From: Octopus sinensis
Lineage: Eukaryota
Assembly (NCBI RefSeq): GCF_006345805.1
Contig: NC_043010.1
Span: 434,001-498,000, forward strand
Length of the DNA: 64,000 bases
Direction of reading: 5' to 3'
The first letter of the stretch is position 1; every line of letters starts with the position of its first letter. The notes under the pieces were generated by a model that saw only the letters and a program-made list of their open reading frames with translations, did not search any database and was not told the DNA's origin. Of this stretch, positions 24,942 through 37,147 are shown one piece after another. The position numbers and the translations under genes are program-made.

Positions 24942-25195
24942 TCTCTATGTATATAAACGGCAAAATGTCTGTGTGTGCATGTCCTTTATACAAATCCACA
25001 ATTTTTCGGTTAGACGGCTCGCACTTTCTATGGTCATTTAAAACCGTCCAAGGGTGGTCGTGCACAGCTTTACATTTCCCCAGTCACCCCGCAAAGCCAT
25101 TAAAAAATCAATAGAAGTAACTTTTTTGTGAATTTTCTATCCAAAACCCAATCAAAATGCCCGAAACTTGATACGCCAATTGAATGCCAGCTAGT
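24942..25195 (+). mobile_element. Possible non-autonomous Helitron
   Basis: Begins A|TCtctatgtatataaa...ctgtgtgtg and ends gccagCTAG|T; the subterminal hairpin is weak. Confidence 0.45.
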
Positions 25196-25699
25196 TGTAT
25201 GTGATTGGTCAGAGATTTGGACAGTACTCGCGTGTATGTGCACACGCACGCAGCTGTATATGCATGCACTAGCACTATAAAAATATAAGATTGGGAATTA
25301 TATATGATCCAAATTTAGTAGAGTATGATCTAAGTAGTAGAGAAGAAAAGAAGGAAATAAAGTAGATAGTAGTTTGTTTGAGAAATTGAGGAAAGATATA
25401 AAAGGAAATGAGAGGGAAGATGCCTCTTTATCTAATAAAGTAATATTAGCTTTCCTTAAAGATAATGTTAATTCTAATTTATACTTGCAATTTATAATTA
25501 ATTCATTGGATTTGTTTTATAAATTAACATTATTAGTAAATAATTATTTTTTACTTTCAGGTTGTTTTCCATTGCTTCCCCCATTCGATAAATACTTATT
25601 CAACTATAGCCTCTCTATTTCCTTTCTTGGATCCGTTCTATGGTTTTATGTAATTTATTTTATCCTCACTACTAATATAAGGGCAAACTTCACTCCAAT

Positions 25700-25770
25700 T
25701 CTAACTGACTGATGATAGTAGCACCTACATAACAAGTTGTCATGTAACTACTTGAAACACATGTATTAAA
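25700..25770 (+). ncRNA. Degenerate minimal hammerhead-like motif
   Basis: CTGATGA, stem II agtag/ctact with inner tacat/atgta, GAAAC-acat-GTA; stem I pairs poorly. Confidence 0.4.
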
Positions 25771-25968
25771 TGCATTTGAAAAATAATAGTAATTGGTTTT
25801 ATGATAAGTCTAATAATAATAATACATGAATCATATTAATAGCAATCTACCATAATCTTGTTTAGATAATATGGTTATCAAGCAATTTGGGTATAGAAGT
25901 GGAATGTTGACCTCAGCTTTGAATGAAAAATATCTAATGTAGTGCAATGCATAAAGGCATACTATTGA

Positions 25969-26008
<40 letters not shown>

Positions 26009-26104
26009 TTGCTACTTAAGCCCTCTGCAACCAATGGCACATAGGCCATCAACAACTTTTCTCCTCTGTTCTTAACTCTGGGTTGTCTTTTCCTCTTCCA
26101 GGTC

Positions 26105-26408
26105 TTTTGCTGGTTTCAGTCATTAGACTGCAGCCATGCTGGAGCACTGCCTTGAAGGGTTTTAGTCGAACAAATCGACCCCAGGACTTACTTCTTAAGC
26201 CTAGTACTTATTCTATTGGTCTCTTTTGCTGAACTGCTAAGTGATGGAGATGTAAAGACACCAACACTAGTTGTCAAGCAGTGATGGGGGGACAAACACA
26301 TACACAAAGACACACATACACATAAATATATACATGCAAATATGTATGTACATATGTATGTATGTGTGTATGCCCGAGTGTGGCCGCAGTCCTTGGACTG
26401 AAACTTAG

Positions 26409-26445
<37 letters not shown>

Positions 26446-26590
26446 ATTTCTTTCAGTTTCCGTCTACCAAATCCACTCTCAAGGCTTTGGTCAGCCTGGT
26501 GCTATAGTAGAAGACACTTGCCCAATGTGCCACACTGTGGGATTGAACCTGTGGTTGGGAAGCTAGCTTCTTACCACACAGCTATGCCTT
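26105..26590 (-). mobile_element. Full-length SINE B
   Basis: Tail, internal microsatellite and head all present on the minus strand. Confidence 0.85.
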
Positions 26591-26826
26591 GGTTTTTAAT
26601 TGTCACCAATGCTTTTATAATTTTCCTTTTTTCTAAGTAGGGGGTTTGCCTTATGTAAACCTACTTTAACTTCTGGGAAGAGGTGGTCCAATTAACCTGG
26701 CTCCTGTTCTTTAACGTGCTCAGCATGGGAAGCCTTGCCAGGAGCTTGCGCTCTACTAGCATAATTCTGGGAGTCAATGAGGTACACAAACCACCACAGT
26801 GTAACAAGATGTGGATCTTGTGGTGG

Positions 26827-26868
<42 letters not shown>

Positions 26869-28089
26869 ATGTGGATATGTCTGCCTGGTCAAAATTTTAC
26901 CAAGGTTTATTGTGATAAAGACAGTGCATTACAGATAGAGACAGTGGCGATTATGAGGGTGGTGGCAGATGTGATGTCGTTGGTGGATGTGACAGTGATG
27001 GTGTTGGTGGATGTGATGGTTTTGAAGGATGCGATAGGGCTGGTGGAATGGATGCAGAAGTGCTGTTGGATGCGATGGTGTTGGTAGATGCAATGATGTT
27101 GATGGATGTAGCAGGTTTAGTGAGGTTTGAACTAATCATAATGCACATTGTTGTTTGTTGATGTTGTTTAGAGCACTAATGAATTAAAGACTAAACAACA
27201 ACAACAACAACAACAGCAACACCAACAAAACTTAAATATCTTTCCATATGTTTATTTATTCCAAAATTACCACCATTGCATTCATCACTATAATTGTCAT
27301 AATCAACTTCATTATTATCAGGATCATCAGCATCATTATCATCAGGATTATCATCAGCATCATTATCATCAGGATTATCATCATCATCATCATCATCATC
27401 ATCGTCATCATCATCATTGTAGTTGTTGCTTTGTAAGGTTTTGTTTTACATTTTCTTCTTGCTGTCTAAATTTCTAATTTTTAATCAGCCGCATCATCAT
27501 CATCATCATCATTATTCCTGTCACTCTCAGCCATCGCCACCATCGCAACCTCCATCATCATGCCACCACCACTACCAATACAATTTTTCCTACATTTCCT
27601 GCCTTTATTCTGTTTAATCGCTTTCCAAATTTTTTACCATTATTTATTAATGCGTTTTACAGACATATATAGACATATGCATACACAGATAGAAAGAAGT
27701 GTTGACACACACACACACACACATACACACACACACACTGTCATATGCATACACACATATGTATGGATACAAGCACTGATACATTTAGACAAATGTATGC
27801 ACAATGTGATGCAGACAGACACATGGATGTATGTACACTCATGCAGACAGACACATGCACATACACACAATCATACATACAAGTACCCATACGGCCATAT
27901 ATATGCAAAAACCTCCATCCCCTAGAAATATTGTTTTGCTTTAATGAAATTAAGGAAGAGAAATATCGTTAGTTTTAAAGTATGGGTTAATCTTATTTGA
28001 GATCAAGCCTAGTCTTAACTAGATGTTGGTCTTAATCTAGGGTTTAATCTTAACTACACTTGTTAATCACAGCTGATTATGACAGCTGG

Positions 28090-28092
28090 ATG

Positions 28093-28146
<54 letters not shown>

Positions 28147-28148
28147 CA

Positions 28149-28180
<32 letters not shown>

Positions 28181-28195
28181 GAAGATGATGTTGAT
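28090..28195. repeat. (AAT)n followed by (GAT)n microsatellites
   Basis: Seen directly. Confidence 0.95.
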
Positions 28196-28199
28196 TGAG

Positions 28200-28320
28200 A
28201 AATTAAAAAGAGAATATGCTAATTAGGAATAAAATAAATTGAAAAAATGACAACGAACATAATTGGGTGTAAATGAATAAAATGTAAATGAGATAGATAG
28301 AAATAGATAGATAGATACAT

Positions 28321-28363
<43 letters not shown>

Positions 28364-29095
28364 AGAGAGAGAAAGAGAGAAATCAAAATGAAGAAAAAGA
28401 AAGGGAGAATAAATTGGAGTAAAAAAAGAGAAAAAAACAAAGGAATAAAAATGAAAATATAAAATATATAAAACAAAGAGAAAGTTAAATGAAAGAAAAA
28501 ATGAAACAAAAGAAAATTGGAGAAATAAAATAAAAATATTTAGAAAAATGAGAAAAAAGAAAGAAAGAAAAGAAAATATAAAGAAAGAATGAAGGTGAGG
28601 AGAATAATAAGAAATAGTGAAAGAAATGAAAGAAGATAAAAAAGATAATGAATGAAATGAAGCATAAAGAGAGTGAGGATGGAAGGAGTGTGAGAATAAT
28701 GGAAAGTAGAAAGAGTGGGATTGAAGGAGAGAAGAAGGAAGGAAGGAAAGAAGAGGAAAACGAATGAAAAATTGATGACTAGAATGGACGGATAGAGAGA
28801 AGAAATGAAAGAGAAAATGAAGAAATGGTTAAGAAAGAAAGGAAGAAGGAAAGACAGGTGGAAGAAATGAGGGAGAGAAAATAGAGAAATAGAGAGAAAC
28901 ATAGAAAGAAGGGAAAAGCATGAAAAAGGGAGGAGAAAAAAGAAAAATGAATAAGGGATAGAGAGAAAGAAGGAAAAGAAAAGAAATGAGAGGAGAAAAA
29001 CAAACACAAAAGAAAAAGGTAAAACAACAATGAGAGAAAAAGGAAAGCCAAAGAGAAGGAGGTAGAAATGAAAGAAAGAATGAGAACTTAGAAAG
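28200..29095 (+). repeat. ~0.9-kb A/G-rich low-complexity tract
   Basis: C is nearly absent on the + strand; source of the F/L/S-rich spurious ORFs. Confidence 0.9.
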
Positions 29096-29369
29096 GTTTC
29101 AAATTTTGACACAAGTCCAGCAATTTTTCAGAGGGAAAAGGGGACTTATTTCAATGACCCCGAAAAGGTGACTGGTGAAGCTGACCTTGGCTGAATTCAA
29201 ATTCTGAAGGTAAAATATTGGAAGAAATGCTGGTAAGCATTTTATTTGATGTGCCAACAGTTTTGCCAGTTTGTTACCTGAACAAATATTTAGAACAATG
29301 GCTGCTACTTTATCACGTGACCTACCACAGTAGCCAGAGTCGAGTCAACCATTTTTTACATACTCTCTT

Positions 29370-29790
29370 TACTCTTTTACTCTTTTACTTGTTTCAGTCA
29401 TTTGACTGCGGCCATATTGGAGCACCGCCTTTAGTCGAGAAAATCGACCCAAGGACTTATTCTTTGTAAGCCTAGTACTTATTCTATCAGTCTCTTTTGC
29501 CGAACCGCTAAGTTACGGAGACGTAAACACACCAGCATCGGTTGTCAAGCAATGTTGGGGTGACAAACACAGACACACAAACACACACACACACACACAC
29601 ATATATAAATATATATATATACATATAGACGGTGGGCTTCTATCAGTTTCCGTCTCCCAAATCCACTCACAAGGCTTTGGTCGGCCCGAGGCTATAGTGG
29701 AAGACACTTGCCCAAAGTGCCACGCAGTGGGACTGAACCCGGAACCATGTGGTTGGTAAGCAGGCTACTTACCACACAGCTACTTCTGCG
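29370..29790 (-). mobile_element. Full-length SINE B (second head fragment at ~29820-29945)
   Basis: ctcttttactcttttacttgtttcagtcatttgactgcggcc...gtgggactgaacccggaaccatgtggttggtaagc. Confidence 0.9.
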
Positions 29791-29985
29791 CTTATATGGA
29801 CCTCTTTTTATTCCTATTTTGCTAGGGTAGGGTAAAGTTATTGTAGAAGACACTTTACCCAGGGTGCCACGCAGTGGGACTGCAGCCGAAAGCATGGGGT
29901 TGGGCAGCAGGTTTCATACTACACAGCAACGCTTGCCCTGCGCCTATATACATATATATATAAGTACAAAAAATGTTTGCTGAAT

Positions 29986-30178
29986 AAACATACAACATAA
30001 CGCATATTGAGTGTAAAACCAGAGACAAACACAGCAGGTCCCTAATTCTTCTTAAGTTATCACATTTAGGTGCGAAACTGTGTATTAGTAATTGGTTGAT
30101 AACTGATGAAGAATTAGGGACCTTCTGTGTTTGTCTCCCGTTCGGTTTTACACTCAGTATACGTTATGTCATATGTTC
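29986..30178. repeat. Hairpin or MITE: ~70-bp inverted arms, 34-nt loop
   Basis: 29995-30062 matches the reverse complement of 30097-30169 with a few mismatches and one small bulge. Confidence 0.9.
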
Positions 30179-30344
30179 ATTTACCATATATTTTTTATTT
30201 ATTAAGTAATGGAACGCGACACACACCGAATTTGTATATATATATATGCAAACCATGAAGAAGCAACGCGCTATGATGGCCTCAACACATGTTTAGTTCC
30301 TGAATGACGTGAATATGCAAAGTTAACATTTGGTATGCTGAGAA

Positions 30345-30501
30345 ATTTTATAGGTGCGCGGGATTGCTGCGTAGTAAAAAAGTTGCTGCCCAACCACAAG
30401 GTTCTCGGTTCAGTCCCACTCCGTGGTACCTTGGGCAAATGTCTTCTCCTATAACCCCAGGTCTACCAAATCCTTGTTAGAAGGTCCGGAATAAATCTGT
30501 C

Positions 30502-30585
<84 letters not shown>

Positions 30586-30770
30586 GTGTCTGTGTGTTTG
30601 ACATCCGTTGTTTGTTTATGCTTTCGGAACTTAGTGGTTCGGTCAAAGTGACCAACAGAATAAATATTAAGATTAAAATTAAGTACTGAGGGTCGATTTG
30701 TTCGACTAAATCTTTTAAGTTGGTGCTCCAGCATGGCAGCAGTTCAGTGCAGTAAAACAAGCAAAAGATA
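30345..30770 (+). mobile_element. SINE B with internal (ATCT)n
   Basis: Head ggttcagtcccactccgtggtaccttgggcaaatgtcttc; tail ggtgctccagcatggcagcag. Confidence 0.8.
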
Positions 30771-30899
30771 AGCACTAACCACTGTCAACACTTCACAGTT
30801 TCTGTTCTTATGTTGAGTCCAAACACTTTCGCACGTCTCTGCAGTCTTCAGAGGCGTGTAATAGTCCAGGAGCCGTTTTGCTTTATCAATTTTTGCTTA

Positions 30900-31060
30900 C
30901 CTCAATACTTCACTTGTTACACTCTTCGCAAATTTAACTCAAACTTAAAAATCTGCTACCGAACATACTCGAAGGTACTCTGAGATGATTGAAAATTCAT
31001 AAGACAAGAAATAAATCACCTAATTAACCAAGACAACATAGAACCAATTAGATCACCGTG
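30900..31060 (+). pseudogene. Possible very degraded PLE endonuclease C-terminus
   Basis: Frameshifted TRRYSEMIE/IHKTRNKS/LINQD resembles the R..LE.IEI.....IN.D end of GIY-YIG domains. Confidence 0.3.
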
Positions 31061-31416
31061 AAGAGGTCAGGTTGTTTGAAGAATAACGAAAATCACAAAC
31101 GACCTGATTGTCATTGATTTCTCAGCCACTCTCGATATTCTTGGTGCTTTGCCGGTGTCCACCATTGATGAATTGACGCATACTATATCGATAGGAAACA
31201 TACTTATTATCAACTATAGGTGCACGTAGGGCACTGTGGTTAACAAACTCGCTTTGCAGCCACGAGGCTTTGGGTTCAGTCCCACTGTGCGGTTCCTTGG
31301 GCAAGTGTATTCTACTATGGCACCAGACCAACAAATACCTTGTGAGTGAATTTGGTAGGCGAAAACTCAGTGGAAGCTCATCGCATACATACATACATAC
31401 ATACATACATACATAC

Positions 31417-31545
31417 GGCCACCAAGTTAAAATACAACCAGCCAGATATTATTGTGTGGGACGACAAAGAAAAGACGTGGGAAGTCAGCTGCCCACTGGA
31501 CACCAATGTGGTTAGAAAAATACAAGAGAAAGAGGACGTCTGTGA
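31417..31545 (+). mobile_element. RLE-type non-LTR retrotransposon fragment (R4/Dong-like)
   Basis: KYNQPDIIVWDDKEKTWEVSCPLDTNVVRKIQEKED contains the PD..D/E..K restriction-like endonuclease motif. Confidence 0.7.
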
Positions 31546-31853
31546 TGTCACTGTTTCCTCTTGAGTTGGAAAGAGTAGTTCAGTTTTGTGTAATTCCTTG
31601 CTGATTTAGAAATTTTCGTACTTCTGCGGACATAAATTGAGTCTCTCTTTTTACCAGGAGTTCCAGCTAAAGAAAATAGCAATACGAGACATCAAGCAAT
31701 GGTTTTGAGAGGTGTCATCAAAATAACGAAAAACATGAATACTCACCAACCACCTCCAACTATCACCAGTACTATTAGAAAGGTCTCCAACTATCACCAC
31801 TACCACAAAAAAGGTATCTGTTTCGCGATGGCGAATGTTTAAGCTCCACAAAA

Positions 31854-31899
<46 letters not shown>

Positions 31900-31905
<6 letters not shown>

Positions 31906-32289
31906 AAAGCTGAAGTTGTCTGTGTATGGTAGGTTTGGTAGCCTTCAACTAACACTATCGCCTCCGAGACCCTGCGGCGCAAGTTGACCAAAATTGAGAG
32001 TATGATAGAAGAAGGCTTGCTCTTCCTTCCGTAGAAGAAAAAAATTCAAATCGGACCATATTAACACCAAAAATTATTTACACCAAAAGGTGCTTTTTTT
32101 CTATGAAAATACCTATTTTTTACGATTTTTTACTGCTGTGTCGCCATTTTTCAGTATATTTCAACCAGAAAAATGTTCAGTTAAAGAGAATAACAAGCTA
32201 CATAATGCAAAATTTTTACTTTTCAAAAATTCCAATTCTAAAGGGTCGAAAAGAAAAAAGCCCGAGCAACGATGGGCTATACTGCTAGT
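31900..32289 (+). mobile_element. Non-autonomous Helitron
   Basis: 3' hairpin agccc-gagcaacgat-gggct (32259-32278), then CTAG (32285-32288) and T; the 5' end merges into (TA)n. Confidence 0.75.
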
Positions 32290-32763
32290 CTGTGATAAGG
32301 GTAGAATGTCTCCCTAGGAGGTAGTGGTGACGTTTAAGTAAGCACTCAACATTAGCAGCAACTTTCTTCCTAACAGAAGGATGCAATTCATTATGAGAGA
32401 TAAAAGCAATGATACGCCTTCCATGCGGTGATGACGAATTAGCTCAGCTTTAAAAGCGGACAGTGATATCAATGATGTAGAGATAAATCATTTTTTTAAA
32501 TATCGATTTCGATATTTTTGAAAGCAGTAACAACTTCTTGAAGGTTTAGGAAAAAGACATTTATCATTAAAGGTTTAAACTTTGTGAGAAAAATGATCCA
32601 CGCATTTGTTCTTATGAACTTGTACAGCTACATAGGTCTGAGATCAGGAGGTGCAGAAGGTACAAGCACACACCCAAGTTCTTTTGGGTGGCCATGCAAA
32701 CGCTTTGACTACCTTGAGTTGGACCTGGGTTTGCGAGTCCTAAGCAAAGTTCGTTCCCACACG

Positions 32764-32974
32764 TACGAGGTGGTGCTGAAACGTTCCTGGCCTTGGGTAA
32801 AAGAAAATATAGGAGGATCAGTTAATTAGGATTTTATTCAACATATTCCTCTCTCAGGTTCACACATTTACTGCAGCGGCCCTTCAGTTTTCTAAGCCCT
32901 GTAAAAGAACTCAGAAGGTTTGAGCATCTAACCAGGCCTTTAGCAATACCCTTAAAGACGGGAACTTTTCAGCA
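32764..32974 (+). mobile_element. Mariner-type MITE (~210 bp)
   Basis: Starts tacgaggtggtgctgaaacgttcctgg; the right end gggaacttttcagca is its inverted counterpart. Second copy at 12170-12972. Confidence 0.75.
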
Positions 32975-33224
32975 ATGAATTTTTTCTTAGTTTCCTTTTT
33001 AGAAAATAGGAATTCTAAGAAATTTAAAAGGAAATCAAATTCATAAAGGATTAAGTTGTATAAACATAAAACCTAATTCCAGATGTCGCTATTCTAGCAG
33101 ATCCTGTGACCACATGAGGACCCTTTCACTTGGAATCTAAATGAGAATCCGCCAGCTAATCAGTCGGTTAGTATTTTAGGTAGATGCTGGTAGTGGGAAT
33201 TGGTAAAAGAGGAAGGTGATTTGC

Positions 33225-33420
33225 TCTTTAACTGGTTTCAAATGTTGACACAGGGTCATCGACATCAACCCTAGTGCTCACTTGGTACTTATTTTATTGT
33301 CCCCGAAAGGATGAACGGCAAAGTCGACCTCACTGGAATTTGAACCCAGAACGTAAAGATAGACGAAATATAGCCAAGCATTTTGCTCGGCGTGCTAACG
33401 ATTCTGTCAGTTCGCTGCCT
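33225..33420 (-). mobile_element. SINE A
   Basis: ccccgaaaggatgaacggcaaagtcgacctcactggaatttgaacccagaacgt. Confidence 0.85.
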
Positions 33421-34149
33421 TAATTTGCTCACTAATTAAAAACAAATTTCATATTTCCCAGCTTATTATCTAATTTCTCGACTGTCACAGAATTCAACTT
33501 ACTTTTTGCCGCCCCCACTCCACGCTCCACTTCACACATGTTTGTTGCTTGTTGCTCTCACGATTCTGCCGTTCATTAATATATGTGTATGCCAATGTCA
33601 TTCTTTTGCGGACTACTACTACTACTACTACTACTACACACATTTGTTGACGTCATAAGAATTTATAAACTTTCGAGAGAACGTGAACTCTTTTCTGGAA
33701 TAGTGGATTTCGAAGCACATAAGGCAATAAATATTATGTAAATATTGGGTTGAAACTCCCTTTTAGATAGAAAAAATCGAAGGAGTTGTGAGTTCGTGTC
33801 CTTACCACAACTAAACAATAGCAACAACAACAAGCTCAGCATCGTAAGTCACTCCTCAGTATTTGAACATTTGATGACCTATTACACCCCACAATCCAGA
33901 GCCCGTCACAGTCTAGCTATCCACTTCCTCATACCATAACCGGCCCCTCTTCATCATTGCCATCGTGTTCTACAGCTAAGCAACAGCAACAACAAGATCA
34001 GCATGAGAAGTCAGGCACTTTGATATCAGAATCAATGATTGCAACATGGTTCTTGGGGAAAAGCAATGCGTTTTAAAACAAAAATTTAGTCATCGAAGGA
34101 TAATATTCGATGGTATCAAACTGGGTAAATTTATAAAACTGGCTTATTA

Positions 34150-34440
34150 CTAATACTATTGAACGAATTAAAACAAGAAATACTATTCCTTATTAATATA
34201 AATTGGCCGTTTGTTTAATTAAAATAATAATAGTATTTAATTTCAATAACGCTATTTATTCGTTATGCCCAACTCGCATTCAGTTGGGTTTATTAATTTA
34301 CGTTATGAATTGTAAATGGATTTCTTTTGTGATCCTTACGTGTAATATATGGTTTTTGCAGACCCGAACAATAATATTATCTATTACTTATTCGCTGGTC
34401 ATTTGTTTAATATTTAAATTAAAGGAATCAAATGCAGTAG
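34150..34440 (+). repeat. Unidentified ~290-bp interspersed repeat, copy 1
   Basis: Colinear with 37148-37450 from gaacgaattaaaacaagaaat to aaattaaaggaatcaaatgcagt. Confidence 0.85.
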
Positions 34441-35519
34441 CATTTTTAAAAATAAGTAAACAGATCCAAGGGATCTCCGTCGGTTTCGACGTTAAACATT
34501 GCAGTTGTTCGATCAACTGAACTTCCAAATCATTGAATTATAGAGAAATGGCTGAATATCTCACGTACATTTGTATCTTTAATGTAACTCCCGTTCGAAT
34601 CAATATGGGACAAGGCCGTATCTTTAAAGTTCATTTGATTGGTTTCGTGTACTTTCTTTCACGCACAAGGCTGGGTTGACTGAAGGATATGATAAAAGAT
34701 CTTATTCGGTAGGGTTGGGGATCGAATCCAGTTCTTCATCATTATAAATCGCACTTCATAATCATTCGGCCATGACTGCCTCTATATTATAAGTATTAGC
34801 AAAACATAATTCGATAAAACCTGATTATTAGTTCTACTGTTAATGTTTTGCGAATTTTGGGTTTTGAGAGCGTGGACGACAACGTTCTTGGAATGTTTGA
34901 AAAGTTTTAATATCATTCTTTAAATTCGGTTGGAATCTTGGCAATTCTTTTGACTCTCATTCTTCTGATTAATTGGAAAAGCTTCCACACATACACGCAT
35001 ACACACACACACATCCGCGCGCGCACACACATACGCGCGCGCACACGCACACACACACACACACGCGCGCACACATGCAGACACACAGGCCAAGACACAC
35101 GGATTCCCTCCCCATTCCCTTCTCTCACACACAAACACGGGTTGAAGAAGTCATAGAAGACCAGAAACAAACCATAAAAATATAGTGTCGGTGAGTGGGG
35201 AAGGACAGTGGTGGTAGTGGTAGTGTTATTGCAGTAGTGTTGGTGGTGGAGATGTTGTTTGTGGTGAGGGTGGTGGTGGCTGCAGTGGTGCAAATTCATG
35301 GTGGTCGTTGCGTTAGAGGCGGTGGTAGTGGAGGTTGGAGTGTTGCAAGTAGTGGTAGTAGTGCTTGTGGTGGTAGTGTATAGTGGTGATAGTGGTAGTA
35401 TATGATAGTGGTGCAGTAGTGGAGGTCGTTGTGGGATAGGTGGTAATGGTAGAAATAGTACTAGTGGTAGGTAGATGGTGAAGGGGATGGTGAAATTTGC
35501 AGTGATGGAAATAATAGCG

Positions 35520-35780
35520 ATGATGTCTTCTCCTTCTTCTTCTCCTCCTCATCTCAACTTCTTCTTCTTTTTTCTTCTTCTTCTTCTTCTTCTTCTTCTT
35601 CTTCTTCTTCTTCTTCTTCTTCTTCTTCTTCTTCTCCTCCTTCCCCCCTCCTCCTCCTCCTCCTCTTTCTTCTTCCTTCTCCTCTTCATCCTCGTCGTTG
35701 TTACAATAAGAGAAATTATTATTATTATTATTATTACTATTATTATTACTATTAGTAGTAGTAATAATAATAATAACAAC
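35520..35780. repeat. (CTT)n, (CCT)n, (ATT)n and (AAT)n trinucleotide cluster
   Basis: Seen directly. Confidence 0.95.
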
Positions 35781-36264
35781 AGTAATGCTGGTAATAGTAG
35801 TGGCAGTAGTAGTAATAGTGGTGGTGTCGGTGATGGTATAGGTGGTATATAGTTGTTGGTGACGGTGGTGGAACTGTTAGTAGAATTTGTGATGACAGTG
35901 GCGGTGATGGTGATGTTAGCTGTGGGCTGATCTAAAGACAAGACCCTGATGAGATATTAGCACTAATCAATATTACAATATAATTAGTGACATCACACTC
36001 CGCATTATATCAACCAACCCCATCCTTCCTGTCTTGGCTTGCAGCTCTTCTTCCCCTCTTTATCTCCCTTTCCACGCTCTTCTGTTCCCTCCCTTATCTC
36101 CCTTTTCACACGCATCATTCTCTATAAGTTCGTTCAGCCCCTTCCTATCTTTGCATTTCTCACTGTCCACCGCTTAATCTCTATTCCCATCTATCTCTTC
36201 CTCATGTTCTCTCTTTCTCTTTGTCTTCAGGTGACTCTCTCTCTGTCTCCCCACCTCTATCTAT

Positions 36265-36344
<80 letters not shown>

Positions 36345-36680
36345 ACATACATACATACATACATACATACATACATACATACATACATACATACGTACAT
36401 ACATACATACGTACATACATACATATATACATACATACATACACACATTCGGAAATTTTCCCTAATTATAGATGTGCAGAAGGTGGTTGACTGAAATTTC
36501 GGGAGTTCTTTCCCTTGTCTCGTTTGAGATTTATTTTCATTAACGCTAATGACTCATCTTCATATTATACTCATTATTGATGCATTCCTTAAATAGCTTC
36601 TTGAGTCTCCCCAGCTTCCTTCGGCTCTGTGTGGGAATTCTATAGAGAAGGTGGCAAGATGTGCGTTGCTCACTATTTTC

Positions 36681-36970
36681 GATCACATGACCAGTTTGTC
36701 GGGTCATGCATAACTCGTCAATCTGTATCACATGATCAACATGACCAATGTGTCAAGATTTGCATGAATCGACAATATAGATCACATGACCAATGTCTCG
36801 AGTTAGTCTGGATCATGTGACCAACGTGTCGAGATGCGCATGACTCGCCAATCTAAATCACATGACCGAAGTTTTACAAGACATGAATTGTTCATTAGTC
36901 TAGATCACGTGACCAATGTGTCGAGATGCGCATCGCCAGTCTATATCACATGACCAATGTGTCGAGACCA
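36681..36970. repeat. Degenerate ~45-bp minisatellite carrying TCACRTGA E-boxes
   Basis: Unit resembles gatcacatgaccaatgtgtcgagatgcgcatgactcgccaatcta; seven E-box cores. Confidence 0.85.
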
Positions 36971-37147
36971 GGCTCTCACAATAACTGTTTCAATGTTTAC
37001 AAATCGGTAGCTCTTTAGTGCTTCGAGTAACATTTCACCTCTCAAATCGAGGAGTTTAATTTACTTGTTCTAAGAGGATGTGAAGTGCTCATGTCTTTGC
37101 AGGTTCTCTGAGACTGGTGAGATTGATGCCATTAATGTTCTATTTAA

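Noticed and set aside
28540-29112. 190-aa hydrophobic F/L/S ORF resembling a membrane protein
   Set aside because: It is the translation of the polypyrimidine strand of a low-complexity tract.
30800-30870. Minus-strand CTGAAGA...GAAA hammerhead-like motif
   Set aside because: The stem II closing pair is mismatched, there is no C after GAAA, and stem I is not convincing.
31690-31850. Splice-like signals (minus-strand GTTG|gtgagt; plus-strand ttttaccag|)
   Set aside because: No consistent acceptor-donor pair with a plausible open frame.
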